From Octopus bimaculoides (Eukaryota): a stretch of DNA of 64,000 bases. Shown here piece after piece: positions 1-12,805 of this stretch. Within the stretch, counting starts at the first letter, position 1; each line of letters begins with the position of its first letter. Position numbers and translations under genes: made by a program. Under the pieces are notes generated by a model, which worked only from the letters and a program-made list of their open reading frames with translations, ran no database searches and was not told the origin of the DNA. Location: the NCBI RefSeq assembly GCF_001194135.2, contig NC_068982.1, positions 136,158,294 to 136,222,293 on the forward strand, given 5' to 3'.

Positions 1-943
1 GTCTTCCCGAATCCAAGGAAAAGAAAATCCAGTGTATACATTGATACACCACTAAACACACATCAGACTTGTCCTTTGTAAGCATTGGTATGTTAGATTT
101 TGTTCAATGTCTGACTTGAACAGGCACTTAGGGTATTTTCCGTGCAGGAGTTTATCTTTCCAGTTGTCTTCGATATTATTCATGCAATCCTTCTTTGATT
201 TTTGTTTGATGTCTTTTGCATGAATGAAATCTTGTTTATCTGATTATTGGATCTCGTTTATCTGATTATTAATTTCTAAATCAGGAGAAACAATGGTAGA
301 TCTATCATTATTTGGGTGTTTTGGGATATTCTTATTGTTAACTTGTGTGCAAAAGACTTTTTAAATTTCTTACTAAGCTTCATGACTGAAGCTTGTTTGG
401 AATTTTCATGTTTCAGTGCAGTTCGTAAGACCACATCACATGTATTAAGGTACGTTTCAAGGCCTATTATTGCTGATTTGAAGGATTGTTTGGGTTGTAT
501 CAGGCCTCTTCTACCTATTTTTCCTGGAAGATAAAGCCTGTCTACATCTGATTTTTTTTTAGTTGGTGCATTCGGTACCTTGTAAGGATTTTACGGAACC
601 ATATTCTGCGTGTTAGTCGGACTCCACTTAATGACACCGAAGCAATAGGTGGTTACTGGTATGGCCAAACAATTCATCACATTCACTCTTTTAGCAGCAT
701 TTAATTCTGAGTTTAGGAACATCACTTACCTTTCGTTAGCATCCTTTGCGAATTTTCTCTTTCATTTTAGAGTGCTGGACACCATCACCTGGATTGCTTC
801 CTAGGTATTTGTATACTTCGGATTTGTCTAAGTTTCGAATAGCTGTAGTTTTATGATTTCTGCCTCTATGAACTTCCCTGCCTTGAAAGTAGCCTTTGCA
901 CATTTATTTATCAAGACCGGATTCTATACCTATAGCAGAGCTT

Positions 944-945
<2 letters not shown>
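1..945 (-). mobile_element. Decayed R4/Dong-clade non-LTR retrotransposon fragment (RT C-terminal part and downstream region)
   Basis: Manual minus-strand translation gives LDKSEVYKYLG, SELNAAKRVNVMNCLAIPVTTYCFGVIKW and SDVDRLYLPGKIGRRGLIQ, motifs typical of R4/Dong ORFs. Stops and frameshifts present; the 5' junction runs into the (CAT)n/(TAT)n tract at 946. Confidence 0.85.
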
Positions 946-990
<45 letters not shown>

Positions 991-1043
991 TATCACTATT
1001 ATTATTATTATTATTATTATTATTATCATTATTATTATTATTA
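946..1043. repeat. Compound (CAT)n-(TAT)n microsatellite
   Basis: Directly visible; source of the poly-H/poly-Y ORF at 853-1044. Confidence 0.97.
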
Positions 1044-1979
1044 ATTAGATATATATATATATATATAGACTTTATGATATGTTTGTACATATCAATATTT
1101 ACACATATAACTTGTAGTCATATGTATATGGATACGTGCACACCCACATATACGTGTATCTTTATATCTTATCGCCCCTGTACACGCATGTATATATACC
1201 TTGTATACATACATACATTCACACATACACACGAATATACATACGCGCATACAGCGTATGTATGCACGCTGGGTCTAAAAATATTGGTTGCCAGGAGACT
1301 AAGGTGACCCATCCGCAACTACAATGCTATCATTTAATTTTTTTTTTTTTTTTGGAAGTATTCTTTTCAGCTGTCTACAAACACAATAAGGCTGAAATAA
1401 TTTATGCATTCTACTAGCAGTGAATATAAAATTCTCAAACTTCAGGGGATGGGACCCTTAGATACTAACATGGGCCCCCATATATGGATTTTAATGGCGC
1501 AGGGGCCCACTTTCCATCGTGTACCCATACATACTAATACACAATGTGAATTCACATGATGTCAATGCATTGAAATCTCTACCACAATATATCAGTAATA
1601 TATTAACACTTCTGCTGAACCTCGACTAGCATTAAGACTACATTGTGCAGTATCATATATCGTCTTTATATTTCCATTAAACCACCACCTTCTGCGAATA
1701 TCACTTATATTGTGAAATCTAGTTTCGCCGATATAGTCATGAGTGTTATACAATTACTGTATGTAACATTACGTTTTTACTTCCATTAAACCTCACTCAC
1801 CGTTCATAAAACACAAAATAATATTACACCCCCTTCAATAATACACACTTTCAATATAAGTAGTATATACACAGGCCTCTACCTCTGTCCATGTATATTT
1901 ATATATCTAGCTAGCTACGTAGTTTTCAATTTATCCGTCTGTGTGGTTAGCTTCCTCTGTGTGTCAATTTGTGATGAGT

Positions 1980-1981
<2 letters not shown>

Positions 1982-2036
<55 letters not shown>

Positions 2037-2165
2037 GTATGTGTACATGTGTATATGTGTATGAATGTGTACATGTGTATGTATGCATGTATATATATAC
2101 ACATATACATATGTATGTATATGTGTATGTGTGTGTGTGTATGTATATGTGTGTGGTCATATATA
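1982..2165. repeat. (TA)n followed by degenerate (TG/TA)n microsatellite
   Basis: Directly visible. Confidence 0.95.
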
Positions 2166-2596
2166 TCGGTCTAATAGTGTAGCTATTTCCCGTGTCATTA
2201 AATGTATATTCGCGCTTGCATGTGTACATACGCATACACATATATACACACATATATGCCAATGGCAAAAAAGAAAGATATTTTTTCCGTCAGTCGTCCC
2301 AAATTAATGATGTTATCATAAAATCTTTCTTCGTTTTGTAAAAACAACTGTGCAACCGCATCTCTCACTAACCAAATTATGTTTTTTTTCTTCAAACTTT
2401 CCACAACCGCAGCAGTAACGTGTTTTATTAACTCTCCTTCCGAACACAGCCAGTGAATATATTACATATGTATGTTCAGTTAACCACTAGTCAGGGTCTG
2501 CTTCACGTACTCGGCAAACTATCTGATCACTAAGTGTGATAAAATCTGTGAGTGGAGTCAGAAATTGTAAACAATTTAAGATTTCTTGATACCATA

Positions 2597-2605
2597 AAAA
2601 TGTAA

Positions 2606-2669
<64 letters not shown>

Positions 2670-2713
2670 GTAATAATAACAAGAAGAAGAAGAATGATAA
2701 TGATAATAATAAT
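2597..2713. repeat. (TAA)n microsatellite with (GAA) variants
   Basis: Directly visible; abuts the 5'-truncated end of the downstream R4/Dong fragment. Confidence 0.95.
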
Positions 2714-3350
2714 AAAACAAAATGAAATCATTGAACATGTTGTCTTCATGTGCAGTCTTCTTGCGCCTAGAGAGTATCTCAACAAGCATGCCCCGTGGAC
2801 CTGCCCCTTGATAAAAACTGGTGGGAACACAAATCATCTCAAGTGCTTGAAAATGATCACTCCCTTGGAAGTTCACCGTTCAAATTGACTGAAAGATAAA
2901 TGTGAATACGTGAGACATTATATCGAAAGACCTCAGAAAAATATCATGCCTCCTCATTGATATGACTGTCCCAATAGACATGAATATATCTGTCAAGTCC
3001 TACCAAAGACTGAGCAGAATAGACATTAGCAAAATGTGGAACGTCAAGACTAAAACAATACCTATTGTCATAGGTGTCATAGGAATGATAACAAAAAGGG
3101 CTGATTCTACCTAGCTCAGATACCAGGAAACCCCAAAATGGCAGAAATTCAAAAGATAATGTTCATGCGAACTGCCCATATCCCACGTAAAATACTGTCT
3201 ATGTAATCTCAAATTTTATAACAAACTAATAATTTTCTTATGTTTTCTTAAACATTCTCTAGAACAATGCTATGTGCAAAACCAAATACATGACACCCTA
3301 GGCAAAACACCAACATGAACGTCTAACAAGTTGTCTCTTAGCCATGTGTT
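2714..3350 (+). mobile_element. R4/Dong-clade retrotransposon 3' end (CCHC/REL endonuclease region plus 3' UTR), 5'-truncated
   Basis: Translates to EIIEHVVFMCSLLAPREYLNKH and, after disruptions, KTKTIPIVIGVIGMI...QIPGNPKMAEIQKIMFMRTAHIPRKILSM. The 3' UTR matches by eye the reverse complement of ~17090-17218. Confidence 0.88.
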
Positions 3351-3616
3351 GAGAGGAATTCTTTGGTGTTTGGATTATTTGCCTCTGGAAATATGGGTGT
3401 TTCGTTCAATATCTTTCAACAACCCTTATTCAGGGCCCTTTTGAGCGGGATGGGCTGCTCGACCTGATGGAAATTCTAACTGGTCCCCACCTGCGAGGTC
3501 ATGCGCTGTTTATCTTGATATGAGATCACCATGTCGCGCGCATATGGTTGTAATACATGTGCCTAGTGTACTCTCATCAGACGAGTAGTCATGATGGCAT
3601 GCAGTGCTCTCTCCTT

Positions 3617-3645
<29 letters not shown>
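3351..3645 (+). mobile_element. Retroposon 3' fragment ending in (CAA)n, probably RTE-type
   Basis: GC-richer segment ending in a (CAA)n tail. RTE assignment rests on tail type only. Confidence 0.4.
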
Positions 3646-3647
<2 letters not shown>

Positions 3648-3689
3648 AAGAAGAAGAAGACGAAGAAGAAGAAAAAGAATAATAACAAT

Positions 3690-3955
3690 GGAAATAGTAG
3701 TACCAAAAACTGTCGGAGCCCTGGAAACTTTGAGCAAAATTCTTGAGAAGTACATAATATAAATAGGGGCTGCAACAAGGGTGGAGCACTTGCAGAAAAC
3801 AGCACTGCATGGAACCGCTTGAATACTCCGGATGGTGCTCGAAAAATAAAGGCTGTTACCTTAGTTCACTGGTAGTGAACAGCTCACACCATAGCACATC
3901 TCCAGCGTTAGGAACGGTGCAAAGACAATAAATAATGATAATAATAATAATAACA
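3690..3955 (+). mobile_element. Second R4/Dong-like family, extreme 3' end with (TAA)n tail
   Basis: IVVPKTVGALETLSKILEKY..EHLQKTALHGTA*ILRMVLEK, then UTR ...catctccagcgttaggaacggtgcaaagacaataaataat; the same UTR recurs at 63812-63885. Confidence 0.8.
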
Positions 3956-3993
3956 AAACGACGCAAACAATCACAGTAATACTCGTAAAGTGA

Positions 3994-4206
3994 AAGGGGG
4001 CGAACTGGAAGAAACGTTAGCACGTCAGGCGAAATGCTTAACGGTATTTCGTCTGTCTTTACGTTCTGAGTTCAAATTCAACTGAGGTCGACTTCGCCTT
4101 TCATTCTTTGGTGGTCGATAAATTAATTATCAGTTGAGTATGAGGATCGATCTAATCGACTTGCCGCCTCCCCAAAAATTTCGGGCCCCTGCCTAGAGTA
4201 GAAAAG
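3994..4206 (+). mobile_element. tRNA-derived SINE with Deu/Nin-like central domain (octopus OR2-like, tentative name)
   Basis: Head gaaacgttagcacg..gttctgagttcaaattc, core ttcgcctttcattctttggtggtcgataaattaa. 16-bp TSD aatactc(g/a)taaagtga at 3978-3993 and 4207-4222. Confidence 0.9.
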
Positions 4207-4860
4207 AATACTCATAAAGTGAGCAGAGGAGAGGTCATTTCTGCAATTGAGTGGAATGCATTGAAGGTTTTGCATGGTCAATAACAGAGATCAATAAACA
4301 AGAAATGTGTCCAAAATGTGTGTGAATTAAAGCTGTTGGGGTAATGAATGCCCGACACATGATGTTCTACATTCCAAATCGTTAATCTCATGCATTTAAT
4401 CATATAACCAAAAGATGCTTATATCTCTTGACAGTGGTATCATTGTAATATTTTATTCTTTAATTCTTTTTACCACCGTAAATATATTATCGTGAATTAT
4501 ACGTTTGTTTTTTGATTCAAAACCTATTTTGTTCCTCGTGAGAGAAATTGTATATTGTGTATGGAAATTTTATGTGAAGTTCACTACAGATATTTGTGAT
4601 AGTAATAATTTTCTCTCTTCTGAACTAATAAAACTGCAGCATTTATAATTTATATATGAAATAAAAAGTAAGATAAATGATATACGAAAAATAATCTGCC
4701 TGTTCAACATAAAAAGAAAATTGCTTCAATATTTTGAATCGCCCATATCTCTTTAAACCCTAGAATCAGCTGATAGTCATTTGCTAATGCACCTCCTCCC
4801 ACACCCATACACACACTCACACACACGCAAATACACAAAAAAGCACACATATGTATATAC

Positions 4861-4894
<34 letters not shown>

Positions 4895-4924
4895 GTGCGT
4901 GCGTGCATATATTTGCAGTGATGT

Positions 4925-5066
4925 TATGCATATTACTTACGAACCACATGGTTCCGGTTTCAGTCTCACTACGTAGCACCTTGGGCAAGTGTCTTCTACT
5001 ATAGCCTCGGGCCGACCAAAGCCTTGTGAGTGAATTTGGTAGACGGAAACTGAAAGAAGTCCGTCG

Positions 5067-5103
<37 letters not shown>

Positions 5104-5345
5104 ATGTGTGTGTGTGTGTGTGTTTGTGTGTGTGTTTGTGTGTCTGTGTTTCACCTCCAACATCGCTTGACAACTGATGCTGGTGTATGTACGTCCCCGT
5201 AACTTAGCGGTTCGGCAAAAAGAGTTCGATAGAATAAGTACTAGGCTTACAAAGAATAAGTCCCGGGGTCAATTTGCTCGTCTAAAGATGGTGCTCTAGC
5301 ATGGCCAAAGTCAAATGTCTGAAACAATTAAAAAAGAAAAAGAGT
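4925..5345 (+). mobile_element. tRNA-derived SINE with internal (TA)/(TG) tract (octopus OK-like, tentative name)
   Basis: ccacatggttccgg..ccttgggcaagtgtcttctactatagcctcgggccgaccaaagcc..ggtgctctagcatggcc..ctgaaacaa; same family at 36254, 44052 and 62005. Confidence 0.9.
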
Positions 5346-5428
5346 ATATGTACATATATATATGTACGTATACACACAGACACACAAATATACACACACA
5401 CACATATGCATATATGAATATACATACA

Positions 5429-5503
<75 letters not shown>

Positions 5504-5920
5504 AGCTGTAAAACCTATTTATAAATGTTCTAAAATCTACACAGCCTTGTTCTTTTTCTCTCATTAAGAAAAGTAAATCTTTATATCTATATATTCATGT
5601 ATTTATAGATGTATATATGTTTGTATGCTTGTATGAATATATATTGCTACACATGAATAATAGAAACTTCCAAATTAAGAAAATCCACATTCACCTGTGT
5701 ATGAATGAAAAAATTCAGTGTCACGATGCCAGTTTATAAATCTGAAAGAAGTGTATCTCGAAATTTAAATCCTGGTCAACTGAAGTCAAGAATCTGATAG
5801 AATTTTGAATATTTTTATCGCTTGACTTACCTTAAGAAAGTTTGCTGCATATATTATGTGTACATATGCTCAAAGTAGATTGGTCATAGCGAATGTATAT
5901 AAAATAACAAGTTTAATGTA

Positions 5921-6848
5921 TTGGGTCATCCCATAAATTATGCGGTTTTTTTCAATTGCAAGAGCAAAAAGTCGTAGGGTGCGGGAAAGCAATCTGCATC
6001 AACTTGCTATAGTACCAGGTAGTAATTTTTGCATTGTCCTTATTGTTAGTGAAATTTTGATGAGTGCAGTTAGATTTTAACAGTTATTTCTTCAAATTTA
6101 TAATGGAACTGACAAAGGGGCATATTCGGCATATTTTGCTTTATGCGTTTAATAAAGACAACAACGCAACGGAAAATGCGAGGAATATTAATGTAGTATA
6201 TTGGGATCGGACAATAAGCGTAAGCTAGTGCAAACGGTAGTGCTAGAAATTCCGAGTCGGAAACTACAGCCTAGAAAACGAGTGGCCTTCTTGAAGAACT
6301 GTAGAATTCAAAGAGGACGTCCAGCAAAACCTGGCGAAACAAAATCCTATCGTAACTGTTGAGGAACTAGCAGGGAAGCTTGAATTTGATCATTCTGCCA
6401 GTCAGTCAAGTCAGCGTTAGAAGGAAAACGACCATCTTTGGTTTCAAAAAGAAAGGTGTTCTTCCATCCAGATAATCCTCGGCTACATACAGTAAGGATT
6501 ACATTCCAAAATCTTCAACAGTTTGAATGGGAAACGATGTCCCCCCACCCCATATTTACCGAATATTGGACCATGTGATTATCATTTAATCCGTAGTTTT
6601 TAAAATCATTTGGATGGAAAAAATATGAATTTTGTAGACGAGGTCAGAACAGTACCGGAGGAATATTTTTCATTACGGACAACTGAATTTTGGAAGAGGG
6701 ACCTTGCACGTCTGCCTGATAGATGGAAGAACATTGTAGAAAATGAAGGAGAGTATATTTTAGATTTAAAATAAAAGAAATTTGTCTATCTTAATTTTGA
6801 AAAATTAAAGAAGTATAAAAAAACTGCATTATTTTGGGGATGACCCAA
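5921..6848 (+). mobile_element. Internally deleted mariner DNA transposon with both TIRs and TA target duplication
   Basis: TA|TTGGGTCATCCCATAAATTATGCGGTTTTTTT at left and AAAAAAACTGCATTATTTTGGGGATGACCCAA|TA at right. Relic transposase MELTKGHIRHILLYAFNKDNNATE and C-terminal ..PYLPNIGPCDYHL..; the central part is missing relative to the copy at 25008. Confidence 0.92.
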
Positions 6849-7431
6849 TATAGGAAAATTTACAAAATCTTCAGAACAATCGAAGGTACTTTATTAATTT
6901 TCTTATCTGTGTATGTGAGTGCGTTTGTGTATGTGTATGCGCCTGTATGCGCACAAGCGTGTGTGTGTATGTGTGTGCGCCTGTATGCACAAGAGCGTTT
7001 GTGTGTGTACTTCATTCATTTTATATATTCGACAATCTCTAGGTTAATCAGGAAATCGTTGCTCACTTACTTTACCTGATTGCCTGATAAGTCGGGGTGG
7101 GGTGGGGTTATATAACGTATTACATAATGTAACTAATTTTTTTATGCTTACGTCAGCGTTAAAACACTTAGTGAAACAATAAAACAATTGTACCAATACC
7201 AGGTAAGGCATTCGCCTATTGTTTTTGCTTTTTTTGTTTTTACGCCACTCTTAATGTTCATTTGGGTTCTTTCGAATACTGTATCAGTTACAGATCACCT
7301 GACAACAGTAACCATCATTTATCGATGCTTCCCCAACCAAGAGAATAGATTAATTAACTATCTGCAGTTTATGGATCCTTTGTAATTAACGGTTGAAATA
7401 AATAGAATTACAAAGATAGCGTGTAAATATT

Positions 7432-7636
7432 ATTTTCTACTCTAGGCACAAGACCCGAAATTTTTCGGTAGGGGCCAGTCGATTAAATCGACCCCAGTAC
7501 GCAACTGGTACTTAATTTATCGGCTCTTAAAGGATGAGAGGCAAAGTCGACCTCGGCGGAATTTGAACTCAGAACGTAAAAACAGACGAAATATCGCTAA
7601 GCATTTCGCCCGGCGTGCTAACGTTTCTGCCACCTT
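7432..7636 (-). mobile_element. OR2-like SINE
   Basis: Reverse complement of the head, core and tail seen at 3994-4206. Confidence 0.9.
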
Positions 7637-7802
7637 ATTACAGTACGAAGCACTCTGGATAAAATAGTCGAAGACTGCCCGTGAGCCACGAACTTACATC
7701 CCCTGAAAACATGACATGCGTTCTATCGTTTACTTCGAGCTAGACCTTTCCAAAAAGAACTATTTCTCGCTCTCTCGAAGTTTCTACACTATTTTACTGA
7801 CA

Positions 7803-8090
7803 ATATGTATGTGTATATATATATATATATATATAGACACATAAGTAAAATGTGTGTTATGAGCATAATAGGATATAATCCTATATAAACTGAACTAACA
7901 GTTGAAAAATGGAGAGGGAAAGATGTTAAAAGTGTTTATAAAGTTTTAATCCATACGATCGTATGGATTAAAACTTATAAAAAACTTTTATCATCTTCTC
8001 TTCTCCATTTTTTAACTGTTAGTTGAGTTTATACAGGATTATATAGTATATATGCTCATAACACACTTTTTATTTGTCATATTTACATAT
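7803..8090. repeat. Long zero-spacer inverted repeat (palindrome / foldback, MITE-like)
   Basis: Perfect 36-bp palindrome AAGTTTTAATCCATACGA|TCGTATGGATTAAAACTT at 7941-7976. Imperfect arms continue to about 7847 and 8070 (tgtgtgttatgagcata / tatgctcataacacac) and more weakly beyond. Confidence 0.9.
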
Positions 8091-8194
8091 TTTAAATACT
8101 TGCAATAGCAAGCTACTACTTTGATATGAATAATCTTTATTAGTAATCTAACTATTTGGACTCCACAAAAAGTTCACATTGTTCTACTTCAGAT

Positions 8195-8199
8195 AAACC

Positions 8200-8239
<40 letters not shown>

Positions 8240-8420
8240 ACACACACACACACACACACACGTACACACACACATGAACACACACACACGTACACACACA
8301 CACGTACACACGAAGATATATATGTGTATATATGTATATATATATATATATATTTGTATATAGATAGATAGATAGATAGATTGACAAAGAGATAGATAAA
8401 AAGATAGATAGATAAACACA
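8195..8420. repeat. Compound (CT)n-(CA)n-(TA)n-(GATA)n microsatellite
   Basis: Directly visible. Confidence 0.95.
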
Positions 8421-8421
8421 T

Positions 8422-8651
8422 AGGCGACGAGCTGTCAGAATCGTTAGCACGCCGGGCAAAATGCTTAGCGGTATTTCGTCTGCCGTTACGTTCTGAGTTC
8501 AAATTCTGCTGAGGTCGACTTTGCCTTTTATCCTTTCGGGGTCGATAAATTAAGTGCCAGTTACGCACTGGGGTCGATGTAATCAACTTAATCCCTTTGT
8601 CTGTCCTTGTTTGTCCCCTCTATGTTTAGCCCCTGAGGGCAATAAAGAAAT
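8422..8651 (+). mobile_element. OR2-like SINE (tail variant ending ...gggcaataaagaaata)
   Basis: Head ggcgacgagctgtcagaatcgttagcacgccgggc, core tttgccttttatcctttcggggtcgataaattaag. Confidence 0.9.
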
Positions 8652-9543
8652 AAGATAGACAGATAGATAAATGCATATAAATATTATATACATATGCAGA
8701 GATAGAAACCTGCATAGATACATAGATGCATACACACACGCGTGCTCGCACAGGCACATGCAAACATCCACCCAATCACCCACCCACCACGCGCACACAC
8801 ACACACACTCACATGCACATTCACATATATCCTTCTTAAGCAAAAAAAAATAATAAATAGTTTCTGAGACGTTCTATAGCTAAATGAATTATTTGTATTT
8901 ATTTTAAGGTATATTTTTGGTCTGCTGTTTCTTGTGTGAAAGTTACTAAATTTTAAATGTAAACGATTATACAAATTTATGAGTTTGGTTTAAATATTTA
9001 TATCTATCGAACAGTTATAAAATTCAAATAATATAATCTTTAAAATTCTTTCATATCTAATGAGAACTTCGGATTAATCTCTGATTTAGAATTTCGCTTC
9101 TTATCTCGTGGAATATTAAAGAAATTAAGCATGACATATAAAAGCAGAAAAACAAGTTTCTGCATTTTGAATATTTATCCTACCATTAAAAATGAATGCT
9201 AATGCTCTGCTACTGGTTTCTTTTTAAGAAGCGGTAATCTTATTCTTTCTATGCAATTGAAAATTGATGTGTTAGGAAAGTATTAGAAAAGCAAGAATGT
9301 TTCGAAATAAAATATAACATGTATTTTGATAACATCGAAAAATACGTTACATGTTAGGGACAATGGGAAACTAAAAGCGAAAATTACACAGATTATTGTA
9401 CCCGCTTGGTGAAATGAATAACAAACACATGATGCCACATGCCTTTCTAAATATAACAATGATTGTTATACTAGAACATGGGTATTTATTTTTAAATCAT
9501 AGCTCCATTTGTGTATATTTCTTTCGATCGGTTATATATATAT

Positions 9544-10447
9544 AATGTCCTGTACCCAGATATGCACCTATATATACAGGTAGACGTAGGTATGCACATA
9601 CCTGTACGTATATATGCATATACTCATTTATTATTTGTTTTTACATGACCAAACGGCAGCGTCATCACTGTTGTAAGTAGTTATTTCAACTTTATATTTT
9701 CTGACGCGACTCTATCTCTTTCTCTATCACTTTTTCCCCCTCTCGCTCTTCCTCTGTTACGTATCTCTCTTTACCCCTCTCGTTCTTCCTTCTGTTACTA
9801 CTATATCTCTCTCTTTCCCCCCTCGTACTTCCTTCTGTTACTACTATATTCCTCTCTTCCTCTCTTTCTCTCGTTGCTCACCTATTCTTCTACTTCCTCC
9901 CATTGTTTCTCCCTCTACCTCTCTCTGTCTCTCTCCCTTACCCCTGCATGGTCACATGCTTCCGGTCACTAATCCTTTTCTTCTTTGGCTATCGCCGAGC
10001 AAACACGCGAACTTACTTCGTCCCCACTTTCAAGTTCGTGCCTCACACCGTTCATATACACATAATTTTTCACGTCTGGCCGCATGGCCTTTTCCGTTTG
10101 TTTTCCGTTTGTATTCCGGTCTTGTTTTCTTTTCCGTTTGTTTTCCTGTCTTGTTTTTTGTCCGTCACTACATTCCTCCATGGCACAGGTTTAATTTGTG
10201 TATACAAATTTAATTTGCGGTCCATGGGAAGAGCCGTTTTAACGATTCGTCCTGCCCAACTCTTCGAAACGCCGGTGTTAAAACGGGGGTAGCTGATGAA
10301 GGAAAATGTTCTCTATGTGGCTTGTGTGTTTTCTGTACTGTGGTTATTATTATTTCTTGTCTACGTTTTGTTTGCAATGTCCTGTACCCAGATATGCACC
10401 TATATATACAGGTAGACGTAGGTATGCACATACTTGTACGTATATAT
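9544..10447. repeat. 72-bp direct repeat pair (9544-9615 and 10376-10447) bracketing a pyrimidine-rich segment; possible Penelope-like pseudo-LTR relic
   Basis: aatgtcctgtacccagatatgcacctatatatacaggtagacgtaggtatgcacatac(c/t)tgtacgtatatat occurs twice with one mismatch. Includes a ~40-bp three-unit minisatellite near 9742-9880. The element assignment is inference. Confidence 0.6.
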
Positions 10448-11290
10448 NNNNNNNNNNNNNNNNNNNNNNNNNNNNNNNNNNNNNNNNNNNNNNNNNNNNN
10501 NNNNNNNNNNNNNNNNNNNNNNNNNNNNNNNNNNNNNNNNNNNNNNNNNNNNNNNNNNNNNNNNNNNNNNNNNNNNNNNNNNNNNNNNNNNNNNNNNNNN
10601 NNNNNNNNNNNNNNNNNNNNNNNNNNNNNNNNNNNNNNNNNNNNNNNNNNNNNNNNNNNNNNNNNNNNNNNNNNNNNNNNNNNNNNNNNNNNNNNNNNNN
10701 NNNNNNNNNNNNNNNNNNNNNNNNNNNNNNNNNNNNNNNNNNNNNNNNNNNNNNNNNNNNNNNNNNNNNNNNNNNNNNNNNNNNNNNNNNNNNNNNNNNN
10801 NNNNNNNNNNNNNNNNNNNNNNNNNNNNNNNNNNNNNNNNNNNNNNNNNNNNNNNNNNNNNNNNNNNNNNNNNNNNNNNNNNNNNNNNNNNNNNNNNNNN
10901 NNNNNNNNNNNNNNNNNNNNNNNNNNNNNNNNNNNNNNNNNNNNNNNNNNNNNNNNNNNNNNNNNNNNNNNNNNNNNNNNNNNNNNNNNNNNNNNNNNNN
11001 NNNNNNNNNNNNNNNNNNNNNNNNNNNNNNNNNNNNNNNNNNNNNNNNNNNNNNNNNNNNNNNNNNNNNNNNNNNNNNNNNNNNNNNNNNNNNNNNNNNN
11101 NNNNNNNNNNNNNNNNNNNNNNNNNNNNNNNNNNNNNNNNNNNNNNNNNNNNNNNNNNNNNNNNNNNNNNNNNNNNNNNNNNNNNNNNNNNNNNNNNNNN
11201 NNNNNNNNNNNNNNNNNNNNNNNNNNNNNNNNNNNNNNNNNNNNNNNNNNNNNNNNNNNNNNNNNNNNNNNNNNNNNNNNNNNNNNNNNN
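10448..11290. other. Assembly gap (N)
   Basis: Run of N. Confidence 1.
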
Positions 11291-11332
<42 letters not shown>

Positions 11333-12752
11333 TGTATGTATATATGTGCGCGTGCGCATGTGCGTGCGAGTGCGAAGATTTTTCCAACCCTATTAGCAAT
11401 TAAACTCGCGTAATAAAGTTAATACTTTATAGTGTTCATATATCAATAAAAGGTATGTAACAAATATGTTCGTACGGGTATATTCTGTGCTAATTTTTGT
11501 ATATACAACGTACGTGTTTTTTATTCGAATAAATTATAATTGTTACTAATTAAGACCCAAGATCATTAGTTTAGCGTGGCTGTTCTAATCGAGTACATTG
11601 TCTATAGTCAATGATTGGTACTTTATTTTATTCACCCAAAATGAAGACGGTCAAATTTAGATTCCCCGATGAAACGTTGCTAGAATTCTGTCATTTTGGT
11701 ACTCTACACGAATTAAAATTAATATTTTTTGTGATACTTCAGAATTTTTATGCGTATTTTTGTAATATTTCTCACATTACGATATTTAACATCTTTTAAT
11801 ATTTAGTGAAGTGGCACTCAGTTTTCATTGATTGACTTTATGAAAAATTGATGCCCATAAGGCAGTGCTCCAGCATGGCCGCAGTTAAATGACTGAAACA
11901 AATAAAAAAATAAAAGAATAACCAGGAAATGAAAATGCCTGGCAGAGGTACACAATTAGAGCTTCACAGAAATACAGCTTAAACAAAAAGTATTCCAGAT
12001 GTGTAGTTTAAAACAAGTATATACAATTACTACTTAAGGTTCACTAAAAACATGAAATTCCAACCCGAACTGCAACTAAAAGCAAGAAAAGATTCCAACT
12101 AGTCCTACAATTAAAAGCAACTAAAAGCTGCATAACGACCATTTGGTGTAGATATTTTATGAAGCATAAAACGGATGTGTAAGCAAGCAAAACGACTGAA
12201 ATTCTGTTAGAATATGACATTTATATCCTGAAAACCCATGTTACATGTTACCATGCAGAGGAACGGAACGTGGAATTATGTGGCTGGGAAGCAAACTTCT
12301 GAACCATACAGTCATTCTTGCACCTAATATGTGTGTGTTTGCATTTGTTGTTAAATCGAGTGTTGTGTCCCACTATGTCTCAAATTTAGTAGTTCATCAA
12401 GTAGGAATCTATAAAATAAATGCCAGATTGAAATACGTACTGAGGTCAGTATGATCAATTGAATTTTTGAAGACGATATCCCATCATGGCGACAGTCGAA
12501 GGACTAAACCTAGTAAAGTAATGTTTAAAGAATTAATGGCTTCCAATTACTAACCACATGATATTGAGTTCAAACCTCGCAGAGAACTTCCAATCGATAC
12601 CATATTACTATATGCACATCTCAGTCTTCTTGACTTGCAACAATTAACAATTGTAATTTGAAGTTGAATGTGTAGCAGTAAGAAAGTTGTCTAGATTTCA
12701 TTAAGCATAATTGTGCGAAATATTTTGAGAAAACGTATTTTATCCCCGCAAC

Positions 12753-12805
<53 letters not shown>

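Noticed and set aside
1287-1515. GC-richer patch with GGGCCC motifs suggestive of a DNA-transposon end
   Set aside because: No paired TIR or TSD identified.
10262-10305. CGAAAC ... CTGATGAAG as a type-II hammerhead
   Set aside because: Both half-cores are present but the intervening sequence cannot form stem I, and stem II pairing is at most 3 bp.
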